A DNA stretch of 64,000 bases from an uncultured Planctomycetaceae bacterium (GCA_963785305.1 CAWAUV010000007.1:32001-96000); one strand, 5' to 3'. Positions 9,130 to 20,532 are shown, numbered from the stretch's first letter. The notes: a model not told the origin generated them from the sequence alone. Numbers and translations: made by a program.

Positions 9130-11983
9130 ATGCGGGACTCGCTCGCCACGGCGCCTGGCTTGTCCGACGCTCGGGCAAGCGACGCGATCCGCATTCGCGG
9201 GGCGCGGCTTCACAATCTCAAGAACCTGGATGTCGATATTCCTTGGGATCGGCTCACCGTGGTCACGGGGCTGAGCGGCTCGGGAAAGAGTTCCCTGGCC
9301 TTCGATACGATTTGCGCCGAGGGGCAACGGCAGTACATCGATAGCTTGTCGGTCTATGCGCGACAATTCGTGCATCAGATGGAGCGGCCCGAACTCGATT
9401 CGATCGATGGCCTCCAGCCCACGATCGCGATCGACCAGCGCTCGGGCAGTCAGAACCCGCGGAGCACGGTGGCCACGCTCACCGAGGTTTACGATTATCT
9501 GCGGCTGCTCATGGCGCGTCTGGCCGAGCCGCATTGCCCGCATTGCGCGGCGCCGATCCGGCAACAGTCGCCCGAAGAAATCGTCGACCGATTGAGCGCC
9601 GCCGCGGCTGGAACCAAGGTCATGCTCATGGCCCCGTTGGCGCATTCGCGCAAAGGGGCGCATCGCGACACGATCGCCGCGATTCGCAAGGCGGGGTTCG
9701 TGCGGGCCCGCGTCGATGGCGAGGTATTCGAGCTCGACCAGATTCCCGATCTGGCGCCGCGCAAGAATCACGATATCGAGGCGATCGTCGATCGAATCGT
9801 GGTGCGCGAAGGGGTGCGGCCGCGGTTGGCCGAGTCGGTGTCGGCGGCGCTTTCGCTCGGCGAGGGGGCGATTGTCGTGGCGCAGTTGGCGCCCGGCGCG
9901 AGCGACTGGACCGAATCGCTCTATAGCACGCTCAACGCGTGTCCCATGTGCAAAGCCAGTTTTCCGGAGCTCGAACCACGATCGTTCAGCTTCAATAGTC
10001 CTCATGGAGCGTGTCCCGAATGCGAGGGCTTGGGTGTCAAAACCATGTTCGACCCGGAGTTGATCTTCGTCGACGAACGGCTTCCGCTGGCCAAGGCGAT
10101 CGGCCCCTGGCACGGCCGGCTGAAGATCGCGACCACGAACGCGGCGCAAAAAAACGCCGCGCCGTGGCGCTCGCCGCGCTCTTGGCCGCCAGCGGCATGG
10201 CGCCGAAAACAGCGTGGCGGGACTATGGCCCCGCCGCCCGCGCGGCCGTGCTCCAGGGAACTCGCGACACGCCCGGCTTGCTCACGCTGCTCGAACAAGA
10301 CTATGTGACCGCCACGGATCCGGCGGAGCGCGAAGGACTGGGAACATTTCGCGGGGCGGTCGCGTGTCCGGCCTGCGGCGGGGCGCGGTTGCGGCCCGAG
10401 GCCCGCGCGTGCCGTTTTCATGGCCGGGCGATTCACGAGATCTCGGCGCTGAGCGTGCGCAGGCGCGCGAATTTTTCGCTTCGCTCGCGCTCGACGAACA
10501 CGACTTGGCCATCGGCCACGCGCCGCTTCTGGAAATCACGCGGCGGCTCGATTTTCTCGATCGCGTCGGCGTGGATTATCTCACGCTCGATCGCGCCGCC
10601 GACACGCTCAGCGGCGGAGAATTGCAGCGAGTGCGACTCGCCACCGGCATCGGTTCGGGCCTCGTGGGCGTGTGCTATGTGCTCGACGAGCCCTCGATCG
10701 GACTGCATCCGCGCGACAATCAGCGGCTGATCGAATCGCTCCGCGCACTCCAGGCCGAGGGCAACACGGTGCTCGTGGTCGAACACGACGAAGCGATGAT
10801 GCGCGCCAGCGATTGGCTGATCGACATGGGCCCCGGCGCCGGGCTCGAGGGCGGCGCGATCGTGGCCCAAGGCCCGCCCCAAGCCGTGGCCGAGAACCCA
10901 GTCTCGCTCACCGGCGGCTATCTTCAAGGGCGGCTGGAGATCGCCGTGCCCGAAAAGCGGCGCACCGTGGATCTCGCGGCCGCGCTCGTGGTCGAAGGCG
11001 CCTCGGGCAACAACCTAAAAAATGTCGATGCCCGGATTCCGCTTTCGGCCTTCGTGTGCGTGACCGGAGTAAGCGGCTCGGGCAAGAGCACGCTCGTGAA
11101 CGAAACACTTTCGCGGGTCGTGCTGCGGCATTTGGGCCGCGCGGCTCCGAAACCGGCGCCCTATCGCGCACTGCGGGGCGTCGAAGCGATCGACAAACTG
11201 ATCGCGATCGATCAATCGCCCATCGGCCGCACGCCGCGGAGCAATCCGGCCACATACACCGGCATGTTCGATGAGATTCGCAAGGTATTCGCCGACACGC
11301 GCGAGGCCAGGCAGATGGGTTTTCGCGCGGGCCGGTTCAGCTTCAATGTCAAAGGCGGCCGCTGCGAGGAGTGTCAGGGGCAAGGCGTGCGAAGAATCGA
11401 GATGAACTTCTTGCCCGACTTGGTCGTGCCCTGCCCGGTGTGCCACGGCGCTCGATTCAACCGGCAAACGCTCGTGGCCCGCTATCGGGGGAAAAACATC
11501 GCCGAGGCGCTCGCGATGCGCGTCGACGAAGCGGCCGAATTCTTCGCCGTGTTTCCGGCCATTGCCCGGGTGCTCGAAAGCCTGCGGCAAGTCGGCGTGG
11601 GCTATCTCACGCTCGGCCAATCATCGACCACGCTCTCGGGCGGCGAAGCGCAACGCATCAAGCTGGGCACGGAACTGGCCCGGCTCGAAACCGGCAAGAC
11701 GCTCTATGTGCTCGACGAGCCGACGACCGGGCTGCACTCCGACGATGTGCGACGCCTGCTCGCGGTGCTCAACCGGCTGGTCGATCAAGGCAACACGGTG
11801 CTAGTGATCGAACATCACCTGGATGTGATCAAAAGCGCCGACTGGCTGCTCGACTTTGGGCCTGAAGGCGGGGCCGCCGGAGGCTATTTGCTCGCCAGCG
11901 GGCCGCCCGAAACGATCGCCGCGCTCGACGACAACGCGACCGGCCGATTTCTGCGGCCGCTTTTGCATCGCGGGCGGCACTGA
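9130..11983 (+). CDS. uvrA: Excinuclease ABC subunit A, frameshifted near 10160 and 10460
   Basis: [24 protein letters not shown], Zn fingers, [12 protein letters not shown], second ABC domain TGVSGSGKS and [11 protein letters not shown]. Confidence 0.93.
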
Positions 11984-12002
11984 AAGCAGCCGCCCTCGCT
12001 TG

Positions 12003-12047
12003 ACGCGTGCTCGGGTTACGCGGGCTCGGGTTACGCGGGCTCGGTTT
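12003..12047. repeat. 15-bp tandem repeat ACGCGGGCTCGGGTT x3 between convergent genes
   Basis: acgcgtgctcgggtt / acgcgggctcgggtt / acgcgggctcggttt. Confidence 0.85.
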
Positions 12048-13968
12048 ATTTTCCAGACCACTTCGCCACGGCTTGGGCCGGGGGCATTCCGTAGGCCTGC
12101 GTGAAGGCGGCCTCGAATGGGGTTTTCGCTTTCAGCGCAGTCATCAGCTTCTGATAGCGGCCGGCGTCGGACAGCAATTGCTTGACGAACATATAAGCTA
12201 TCGCGTCGTTGTCGGGCCCCGAGCCCGTGAGAAAACCCTCGGGCTTGACGCCCGAGGCGACCGCCTCGCGGGCGATATCCTCCCACTGCTTATAGCGCGT
12301 GTCTTTCGGGTCGAGCCGGGCGGCGAGATTGCGGGCCGAACCTTCGGCGAACCAGCGCGGCATGTGCCCCTGGTTGGCCACCATGATTCCTGCAAGCTGT
12401 TGACCGATCAGGGCCGAATACGAATATTCCTTGTTCTTGGGCGGCACGGCGCAGATATAGGCGTCGACCGTCGTATACCGCCAATGCGCTCGCAATTCGG
12501 GCGGCAGCTCGCGGCCTTCGAGCATGCGCCCCACTTCGCCGTAGTCATACTTCTTGTCGAAGACGAAGATCGTGGTGCGGCCCTTAATCAGCGGGCCGGT
12601 GGGCAGCTTCATCATCTTCTGCAATTTGGCGCCCTGCTCCTCGGCGATACGGGCCGTTTCTTGCAGGCTCTCCTTGCCCGTGTTGCCGAAGACGATGAAA
12701 TTGTCGGACTCAAAGCGATCGTCGCCGCCATCGGGCAGCACGAGCTTCCAATTATGCGCGCCGAGATCGCTTCGCTCCTTGGCGAGCTGTTCCGGCGTAA
12801 TGTGCTCGGCATGAGCGATGGCGGCCACCTCGCCCACCGGCGAGGCGACATCGTAGCCATCGAACCTCGCGCCTTCGGCCACCCATTTTTCGAATTTCGC
12901 GATCACATCGGGCGAGAGCGGCGGAGCGTCTTTCGGCATCCGCACTCCGTCCTTGGCGGTGCCCCGGATTTTCGCGATCATCAGGCTCTGATCCGGCTTG
13001 CCGGCCGAGACCGCCTCGCCGCTTTCGCCGCCCTTGAGCACTCCCTTGAACGTGTCCATGTCATAGCGGGCACGCGGCTGGCGGCCTTCGCCATGGCAGC
13101 CATAGCACTGCGAGACCAACACGGGCGCGATATCGAGGGCAAACGAGACCGTTTCCTTGCCGGTGGCCATCGCCACTTGCACCTTGTCCATTGACATGCC
13201 GTCGCGCTGGGCGGCAATCAAGTTCGGGTCGGCGATGTTCGCGTCGGGATTCGAACCGTCGAACTTGGCGCCTTCGTCGATCCATTTCGAGAGCATCGCG
13301 AGCTGTTCGGGCGACACCTTACCGCCGCCGCGCGGCATATCGCCCGAGCGAATCACTTCCACGATTCGACTGCCGTCGCTGCTTTTGGGCGAAATCACGA
13401 TGCCGTCTTTCGAGCCTTTCATCAGCGCGGTAAAGCTGACGAAATTAAATTCGCCCTTGCTGCCGCGGACATGGCAATTGCCGCATTTCTCCACGAGCAT
13501 CGGCGCCACTTGCTTTGAAAAGCTCACGCCGCCGGAGACACCGCCGGCGGTTTTGCCCCCGGTCGCGGGGCCTGAGTCAGCGGCCATGGCCGGCGCCGGC
13601 GGCAGGGCATCGAGCTTCACGCCCTGGAGCTCAAGGTCGCCATGCAGCATTTCCAACTGCGGATACAGCCCGGCCACGAGCTTCGCCCCCTCGGGATCGG
13701 AGCCCAATTCGGTGATCGCCGACTGGGCCTGCTTGAGCGCCGCGGCCGATTCCTTGTACTTTTTCGACTTGTTCAGACCTTGCGCTCGTTTCAACGCGCT
13801 TTCGGCGACTCGGGCCTTGGTGCGCTGCTGACTCGTGGGCGCCGCATGGGCCGGGCCGGCCGAAAACACCGCCAGGGCCAAGGCGATCGCCAGCAAGCTG
13901 CCTAAAACACGTCGCAAAAGAGCGCCCGATAGTCGGGCCGCCGCCGGCTCGATTGTCCGCTTGGTCAT
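12046..13968 (-). CDS. Secreted protein with two planctomycete cytochrome c (PSCyt1-like) domains and a C-terminal peptidase-MA-like domain
   Basis: Signal peptide (..GPAHA); VSFSKQVAPMLVEKCGNCH...MP..WIDEGA and VSFALDIAPVLVSQCYGCH...MP..WVAEGA; PRWFAEG motif. Confidence 0.8.
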   Translation of the reverse strand: MTKRTIEPAAARLSGALLRRVLGSLLAIALALAVFSAGPAHAAPTSQQRTKARVAESALKRAQGLNKSKKYKESAAALKQAQSAITELGSDPEGAKLVAGLYPQLEMLHGDLELQGVKLDALPPAPAMAADSGPATGGKTAGGVSGGVSFSKQVAPMLVEKCGNCHVRGSKGEFNFVSFTALMKGSKDGIVISPKSSDGSRIVEVIRSGDMPRGGGKVSPEQLAMLSKWIDEGAKFDGSNPDANIADPNLIAAQRDGMSMDKVQVAMATGKETVSFALDIAPVLVSQCYGCHGEGRQPRARYDMDTFKGVLKGGESGEAVSAGKPDQSLMIAKIRGTAKDGVRMPKDAPPLSPDVIAKFEKWVAEGARFDGYDVASPVGEVAAIAHAEHITPEQLAKERSDLGAHNWKLVLPDGGDDRFESDNFIVFGNTGKESLQETARIAEEQGAKLQKMMKLPTGPLIKGRTTIFVFDKKYDYGEVGRMLEGRELPPELRAHWRYTTVDAYICAVPPKNKEYSYSALIGQQLAGIMVANQGHMPRWFAEGSARNLAARLDPKDTRYKQWEDIAREAVASGVKPEGFLTGSGPDNDAIAYMFVKQLLSDAGRYQKLMTALKAKTPFEAAFTQAYGMPPAQAVAKWSGK

Positions 13969-14135
13969 GGGTTTTTGCCTTGAACGGTTCCGAGACAAGA
14001 AACGCGGCGCACGAGCGGCGCCAAGAACGCATCAAAACGATTCGCGGATTATACCCAAATTTATTCGCGCCATGGGCCGGTCGGGACTAAAATTGGCGGA
14101 AAATGCTCCCCCCGCGGCCCGGCGGCGCCCGGCGG

Positions 14136-14852
14136 TCAGGCGAGCCGCTGGCCGCGTTTGTCGTGGCGGCGGCGCTCGACCACCCGGACCGGCTCGAGCC
14201 GGCGGCTCTTTTTATAACCGTATTGAATCGCGAACCACTCGGCGAAACGCTCGCGGTCGCGATAACCATCGTTGCGCGTGTCGACCAAGTGGCCGAGCTC
14301 ATGGATCAGAATATTGTTCAGGTAGAAATCGCGAATGGCCGCTTCGGTCCAGACCAGTCGCCAGCCGCCCGGCGCTTGCTCCCAGCGTCCGCCATACATG
14401 CGGGCTTCGGTCTGCTGGCTGGGCGTCGGGGCGCGGTCGTAGCGCTTGATCAGGTTTTCTTCGATCGGATACAGGTACAGGGCCGTGCCCCACTGCATGC
14501 CGTAGCAGGGAAACCGGTGCTTCTTCCGCGTCATGCGGCTGAACTGCACGATTTGCAAATCGCGGCAAAAAGCCGGCGGAAGTTCGGCCAGCCGCGCCCG
14601 TACATCATCGGGCGTGAGCACATGGCGGTAGCCGGCGCCCGGCGACTGAACGATCGTGCGGTAGCCGTCGTGCGCTTCGGCCGGTTCATGCCAGTCTTCG
14701 GGCGGAACAAAGGGCAGTTTGGGGGCGCGATCGAGCCCGCGAGCACGCGCGGTTACAAATAAGCTTCGCCGCCGCGCCGGTTTGGCAATGCGTGAAGAAT
14801 GTTGGGCTTGGGGAAATCGCCCGACGAAATTGAGTTCGTGCCGACGTTGCAT
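14136..14852 (-). CDS. Hypothetical protein with HExxH zinc-metalloprotease motif
   Basis: FYLNNILIHELGHLVD...RERFAEWFA; start codon uncertain. Confidence 0.65.
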   Translation of the reverse strand: MQRRHELNFVGRFPQAQHSSRIAKPARRRSLFVTARARGLDRAPKLPFVPPEDWHEPAEAHDGYRTIVQSPGAGYRHVLTPDDVRARLAELPPAFCRDLQIVQFSRMTRKKHRFPCYGMQWGTALYLYPIEENLIKRYDRAPTPSQQTEARMYGGRWEQAPGGWRLVWTEAAIRDFYLNNILIHELGHLVDTRNDGYRDRERFAEWFAIQYGYKKSRRLEPVRVVERRRHDKRGQRLA

Positions 14853-15068
14853 AATCCATGGACCTCTGAGCAAGGCTCATTGGCAGCACAGATCATTCCA
14901 TTGATGTCTCGCGAAGCCACTGGGGAGAGGCTAACCGCCTCGGGGCTCGCACAAGACGCAGGCTGCGTAAGAATCAGGAGGGGACACTGGCGCCGGCCAC
15001 GGTCTCGAGACCGGTCGCATCTCTCATCCATCGTACGCAGTAGCGAGGGGCGAATTCAAGGAATTATT

Positions 15069-15095
15069 GCAAGTCGCATTCAGGCAACGACTTAC
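15069..15095. promoter_or_regulatory. Spaced palindrome GCAAGTCG-N11-CGACTTAC, candidate protein-binding site
   Basis: 7/8 inverted-repeat arms in an AT-rich intergenic patch upstream of the HExxH gene. Confidence 0.4.
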
Positions 15096-15245
15096 GACAA
15101 TCGCCACGGCCGAGAAATTGCATAAAACTGGGGGTTGACGGGGCGCCCGCATGTGACGCTAAATTTCGCTCCCCGGAGGCTTCGGCGCGCATTGAAGAAG
15201 CGCATGATCCCCTGGGTTCACGGCGCGGATGGCGCGGCGCGAGCG

Positions 15246-17205
15246 TCAAGGCGACGCCTTCGCGTCGGGCGCGTTTGGCTTGGCGGCGGGATTTGAAATC
15301 GCTTCGGGCTTGCCAGCGCCGTCGGGCTTGCCAGCGCCGTCGGGCTTGCCAGCGCCGTCGGGTTTCGAAGCGCCATCAGCCTTCGCGCTAGCGTCGGCCT
15401 TGGCGCCATCTTTGGCTGCTTGCGCGGTCTTGCTCTTGGGACTCGGCGCCTGAGCGGGCGGGGGCGTGGTTTGAATCCAATAGATCGCAATGCCGACCAT
15501 GACAAAGCAAGCCACGAGCGCCACGCCCACCACTCCCCAGAGCCAGGTCGGCAAAGGAGCGGAGCTTCCGCGGCGCTGGACGCGACTCGTCGCTCCGCCG
15601 GAGGCGGGCTTTGCTCCGCGGCCCGCGCCGGCGCTGCCCTTCGCGCTCTTCGTGGAATCGCCTTTCGAGCCGCCGGATTCGGCGCGACGCCCCGCCGGAA
15701 CGGAACGGCTGGATTTCGATACCCGCGAATCGGCCGCCGCGGGCGACGAGCCTTCTCCCGCGACTTCTTTCGCTTCCTTGCCACGGCGACCGGCGCCGCC
15801 GCTTGCCGCGCCGTGCGAGGGGCGGGTGGTGGCCTGATTGATGAAATCCAACACGCCGCCGGCCGCGTCGTCTTCGGCGCCTTCGCCGATTTGCTTGGCC
15901 GTGGGCAATCCGGCGCCGCGACCTTTAGACGAATCGCCCGACGGGCGGGGCTTGCCGCGGCCTTTGAATGTGTTTTGATTCGTGTCGGCGATCGTGTCGC
16001 CCATCGAGGAATCCTTGTCTTGGCCCCCATCGCGCCTTCCCGACGCACTTCCCGACGAGCTCCCCGAGCCGGAACCGCCCTTGCCCGAATCGCCGCCGCC
16101 CACGCGACGCGCGGTGGCCACCGCCATTTGCGCTCCCGAACCCGGCTGGCGAGCACGCGCCGACGCGGCGCCATTTCTGGCCAGCCAAGCTTGGAGCACG
16201 TTGGCGACTTCTTGCGCCGTCTGGGGCCGATCGCCCGGCTTCTTGGCGATCATCTTCATGCACAGGTCGACGATCGGGGCCGGCGCCTTCGGATTGAAGT
16301 TGTAAATGCTCGGCGGCATCTTGGTCTGATGCATCATCAGCCGTTGGGTCAGTGAGCCATCGGGAAACGGCGGTTGCCCGGTGAGCAGGAAATAGAGCGT
16401 GCAGCCGAGGCTGTAAATGTCGGCCCGATGGTCCACGCCATGGCTATTGAGCGCTTGTTCGGGCGGCAGGTAGTCGCCGGTGCCCAACACATTTTCGTCG
16501 TGGGCGATCGTGAGCGAAGCCATGTTCTCGTCGGAGAATTTGGCCAAGCCCATGTCGAGCACCTTGACGACGCCCTGCGGATCGACGAGCAGATTCGCGG
16601 GCTTGATATCGCGATGCACGAAGCCCTTGGCATGGGCATGCGCGAGGCCATTGGCGGCTTGCATCACATAGTTGGCCGCGTCGACCGCCGTGAGCGCGGC
16701 GCCACTCTTGACGAGCTGCTGCAAATCGCGCCCTTCGACATATTCCATCACGATGTAATGGTTATTGCCTTCGTTGTCGATGTCGAATGCCCGCACGATA
16801 TTCGCATGATCGAGCGCGGCGGCGGCCTGGGCTTCGAGCTTGAAACGCGCGAGATACGAGGAATCGTTTACCCGCTCGGAAGGCAATACCTTGATCGCCA
16901 CGCGGCGTTTCATCGTCACGTGTTCGGCCAAAAACACGCGGCTCATGCCGCCGGTGCCGAGATGGCCGAGCAATCGATATTTGCCGAGAAAAAATCCCTT
17001 GTGCCTGCCGAGCAAGAGCTTGTCGCACTGCCAGCGAGTGAGCAATCCCATTTCGCTGAGCCGCGCCGCGAAATGTTCGGCCGACTCGAGTTGTTCGGGA
17101 GTGGCGGCTTTACGAATTTCCGCCTGCGCGCTCAATCGCTTCGGGAGCGACCAAGTTGCTGAGCCGCACCACTTCGAGAAATTTTTCGACGGTGATTGTC
17201 GCCAT
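15246..17205 (-). CDS. Membrane-anchored Hanks-type Ser/Thr protein kinase (frameshift near 17140)
   Basis: LGTGGMSRV, VAIK, HRDIKPAN, DMGLA, GTGDYLPPEQ, DIYSLG; low-complexity linker; TM helix WLWGVVGVALVACFVMVGIAIYW. Confidence 0.92.
15304..15375 (-). repeat. 18-bp coding tandem repeat (GKPDGA-type) x3 plus one degenerate copy, in the kinase C-terminal tail
   Basis: tcgggcttgccagcgccg at 15304, 15322 and 15340. Confidence 0.85.
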
Positions 17206-17857
17206 GGTGTTCAGCCGAATCGGTCGGCGTCCGTCAGGCTCGTTCGCGGGAAAATCATTTTCCCGCGCGCTTCCGGCGTGAATCGTGCCGGCGGATAACT
17301 CTCACGCAATGGTTCGAGATGGGATTGCATACGGCGCTAGTACGGCATCGCGATGCACGATTGGCACCAAACCCTCGCTCACGGGGCTTCCATCCAACTT
17401 CGGTCTCCACGCCACTCGCGTCGCGAAGCTCGCCGACGGGTCGTCGCGGTAAGTTCCAATAGGCCAGCAATTTTCTCGGTATCTTTACATCAAGGACAAT
17501 ACCATGATTTACCAAAAAACGCCAGCGTCCCGAAAAATCGGCGGCGCCTTCCTCGCTTCCAATTATCCTCCCGACGCCGCGGCATTTGCAATGGCGCGTC
17601 CCCGGGTCGGCAGCCCGAAAAATCGAATCGCGACGCCCGTCGAGCCGCGCGCGGAGGCGTTCTCCCCGACCAGCTCGGCGGCGATTGACGCCCGAGGCTG
17701 GGCACGATAGCGTCAACAAGATCGTCGCGCGGCCGGCTCGCTTGGGAAAATGAGTCGCGCTTCCCGAATCTCGGCGTGGCTGCGATTCGCGAACACCGCT
17801 TCCACATAACTCGCGGCATTTCATCGGCCGCAATCTCGAGCGAGAGGGTAGTGTCGC

Positions 17858-18978
17858 ATGGACGATTGCCTGATCGTAGGCGCCGGAGCGATTGGGCTGT
17901 CGTTGGCCTATGTGCTTGCTGGCGAGGGCGCCCTCGTGCGAGTGCTCGACGCCGACGAGCCGGGCAAACAATCGTCTTGGGCCGGCGCGGGCATTCTCGC
18001 CCCCGGCCTGCCGCTATCGACCGAGCCCACCGATCGGCTCACGACCCTTAGCAACCGGCTCCACGCCGAATGGTCGCGCCGACCTGCGCGAGGCGACCGG
18101 CATCGACAACGGCTTCTACCCGTCGGGCGGCGTGTATCTGGCCCGCGACCCGGAGTCGCTCGATTCGCTCTCGCGCGAGGCCCGCCGTTGCGCACCGGCG
18201 GGGCCGAAGTAATCGAGGCGGGACCCGAAATGCTGGCCGAGGCCGAGCCGGCCTTGCGCTGGCGCCGCCGTCGTTGGCGACCTTTTTATTGCCCGAGGAA
18301 GCCCAGGTGCGGAATCCGCGGCATTTGAAAGCGCTCGTCGCCGCTTGCCGGGCGCGGGGCGTCGCAATCGAGCCGCGCCGGCCGGCGGTCGATTTCGAGC
18401 GGGCCGGCGATCGCATTACCGCGGTTGTCACTCCCGGCGGACGATTCACGGCCGACCGGTTTTGTCTGGCGGCCGGCAGTTGGAGCGGAGTCGTGGCCCA
18501 GCGGCTGGGATTCGCCCCCGCGATCAAACCGATCCGCGGTCAGATCGTGCTCTTGCAATGCGGCGCGTCGCCGATCCGCCGTGTCGTGAACGAGGGCAAG
18601 CGATACCTTGTGCCGCGCGACGACGGCCGGGTGCTCGTGGGATCGACGGAAGAAGATGTGGGGTTCGATAGCGAGCCGACCGCCGACGTGCGTCAGGACC
18701 TCTTCGCATTTGCCCGATCGCTTGCGCCGGAGTTGGGCGAGTCGACGATCGAGCGCTCGTGGGCCGGGCTGCGGCCCGCCTCGGGCGACGATCTGCCGTT
18801 TTTGGGACGCATTCCCGGCTGGGACAACATGTTCATCTCGGCCGGCCACTTTCGGCACGGCTTGCAATGGTCGCCCGGCTCGGCCGTGATTTTGGCCCGC
18901 TTGCTCGCGGGCCAAGCGGCGCCGTTCGACATCGCCGCTTTCGACCCCGCGCGACCGGCCGGGCAAGCCGGCACTTGA
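17858..18978 (+). CDS. thiO: Glycine oxidase ThiO / FAD-dependent D-amino-acid oxidase family (frameshifted)
   Basis: DCLIVGAGAIGLS, SSWAGAGIL, AQVRNPR, AAGSWS, PIRGQ, WAGLRP, GHFRHG. Confidence 0.75.
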
Positions 18979-19823
18979 TGGAAACATTCGCTTTACGAGG
19001 AAGGCAAACTCCGTTGCTCTGGCACACCGCGGCAGCCGTCGACACGCCGGCCACGATCGCCATTCTGGGCATCGGGCCCTTGGCGCTCGAGGCGGCTTTA
19101 TATGGTCGGTATCTCGGATACGATACGCGACTTTTCACCGTTGCCGACGACTCCGCCTCGCTGCCCGAGGACCGCGACCGACTCGGCCAACCGTTTGGCG
19201 CTTTGTGTTCGAAGCTCGGCTTGGCGGCGTTGCATGCGCAAGACGCTCGTTGGCGACCGCCGAATCCAGGCGACGCGATCACGGCCGAAACATGGCGAAC
19301 CGCCTATCTCGCGCCGCTTGCGGAGTCGGACCTGCTGATCGACATCGCCACGGCGCCACCCCGATTGACGCGAATCGTTCCACTCGCGGCCGAAGGGCCC
19401 GCGAATCTTGAGCACGAAGTCGACTCACCGGAACCGGACGCTTCCGATAGCGAGCACTCGATCGATGACGATTCGACCCACGACCCGGACGGCGAATCAT
19501 CCGCGGCGCCCGTTTCGAGTTGTTCGCATCGGCCGCTGGCGTGGAGGCCGAAGCTGCGCGTGTCCGTCCAGGTGATTATCGATGCGAGCCGATCAACGAC
19601 GGCGTCAGCCGAATGGGCTTCCGGCCCCATCGAACGGCAGCCTTTCGCCGGCGCGACGATCTCGCGCCGCGGGCCGCACTCCTACCTGATCGCCGCGGCG
19701 AGCGACGCGGAACCTGCGGCCGGCTTTCAACGGGGGCTCCAGGAAATTCGGGCCCTCTTCGCGCTCATCGGCGGCCGTGAAGCGCTCGATCTCGACGCGA
19801 CGATGGATCGCCTATTGCCTTGA
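18978..19823 (+). CDS. Hypothetical protein with degenerate Rossmann-like N-terminus
   Basis: TGATG overlap with thiO; IAILGIGPLALEAALYGRYLGYD. Confidence 0.55.
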   Translation: METFALRGRQTPLLWHTAAAVDTPATIAILGIGPLALEAALYGRYLGYDTRLFTVADDSASLPEDRDRLGQPFGALCSKLGLAALHAQDARWRPPNPGDAITAETWRTAYLAPLAESDLLIDIATAPPRLTRIVPLAAEGPANLEHEVDSPEPDASDSEHSIDDDSTHDPDGESSAAPVSSCSHRPLAWRPKLRVSVQVIIDASRSTTASAEWASGPIERQPFAGATISRRGPHSYLIAAASDAEPAAGFQRGLQEIRALFALIGGREALDLDATMDRLLP

Positions 19824-20022
19824 GGGCGCAATAATTATTCGCGCGCTAAGGAATTGCGATTTCTTTTCTTTTTCCGCGCGAGCGGATTGATTTCTCTTGC
19901 ACGGCGGGAGAACATAAAGGCGATACCACGTCTATCGCTTGTCTCCCCCCGCTCGTATCGCGCCCCAAACCGATCGCAAAACGATCGCGCTTTGACCTCT
20001 CTCCCCCCGGAAAAGCAAGGCG

Positions 20023-20460
20023 ATGAAACTCTCTCGCACCGTGGCATATGCTGTGCAAGCGACACTGCAGTTGGCCGAGTCCAATGCGTCGTCGCCGGTT
20101 CCATGCAGTCAGCTTGCCGCCGATGGCCACATGCCCGAACGCTTTCTGTTGCAGATTCTGCGGCATCTGGTGACGCATGGCATTTTGCATTCCACGCGGG
20201 GCGTCGAGGGCGGCTACTCGCTCGAGCGGCCGCCGGAACGGATTTCGCTGCTCGATCTGATCGAGGCGATCGATGGCCCGCTCCAGCCCGAGCTGCAAAC
20301 CGGCGAGAAGCAATCGCTCGCTTGCGAGTTCCGCTTGCGCGAGGCGTTGCAAGAGATCACCGATACGACGCGCCGCTATCTCGAATCGCTCAAGCTCTCG
20401 GACCTGATGCAGGTCGATCGCCCGCTCGCCGCCGACCATGGCGCGCCGGTCGACGGTTGA
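20023..20460 (+). CDS. Rrf2-family transcriptional regulator
   Basis: MKLSRTVAYAVQA..PERFLLQILRHL..STRGVEGGYSL..ISLLDLIEAIDG. Confidence 0.9.
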   Translation: MKLSRTVAYAVQATLQLAESNASSPVPCSQLAADGHMPERFLLQILRHLVTHGILHSTRGVEGGYSLERPPERISLLDLIEAIDGPLQPELQTGEKQSLACEFRLREALQEITDTTRRYLESLKLSDLMQVDRPLAADHGAPVDG

Positions 20461-20532
20461 CGCTCGAGCCGGTCGAGCCACGCCGCGCGAGCGACCCTTG
20501 GCAGCGGGCGCGACTCGCGGTAGCCTATCGCC

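Noticed and set aside
17206..17857. 650-bp divergent intergenic region with an AT-rich core as possible sRNA or sigma-54 promoter
   Set aside because: GGCA...GC candidates have wrong spacing and no recognisable RNA structure was found
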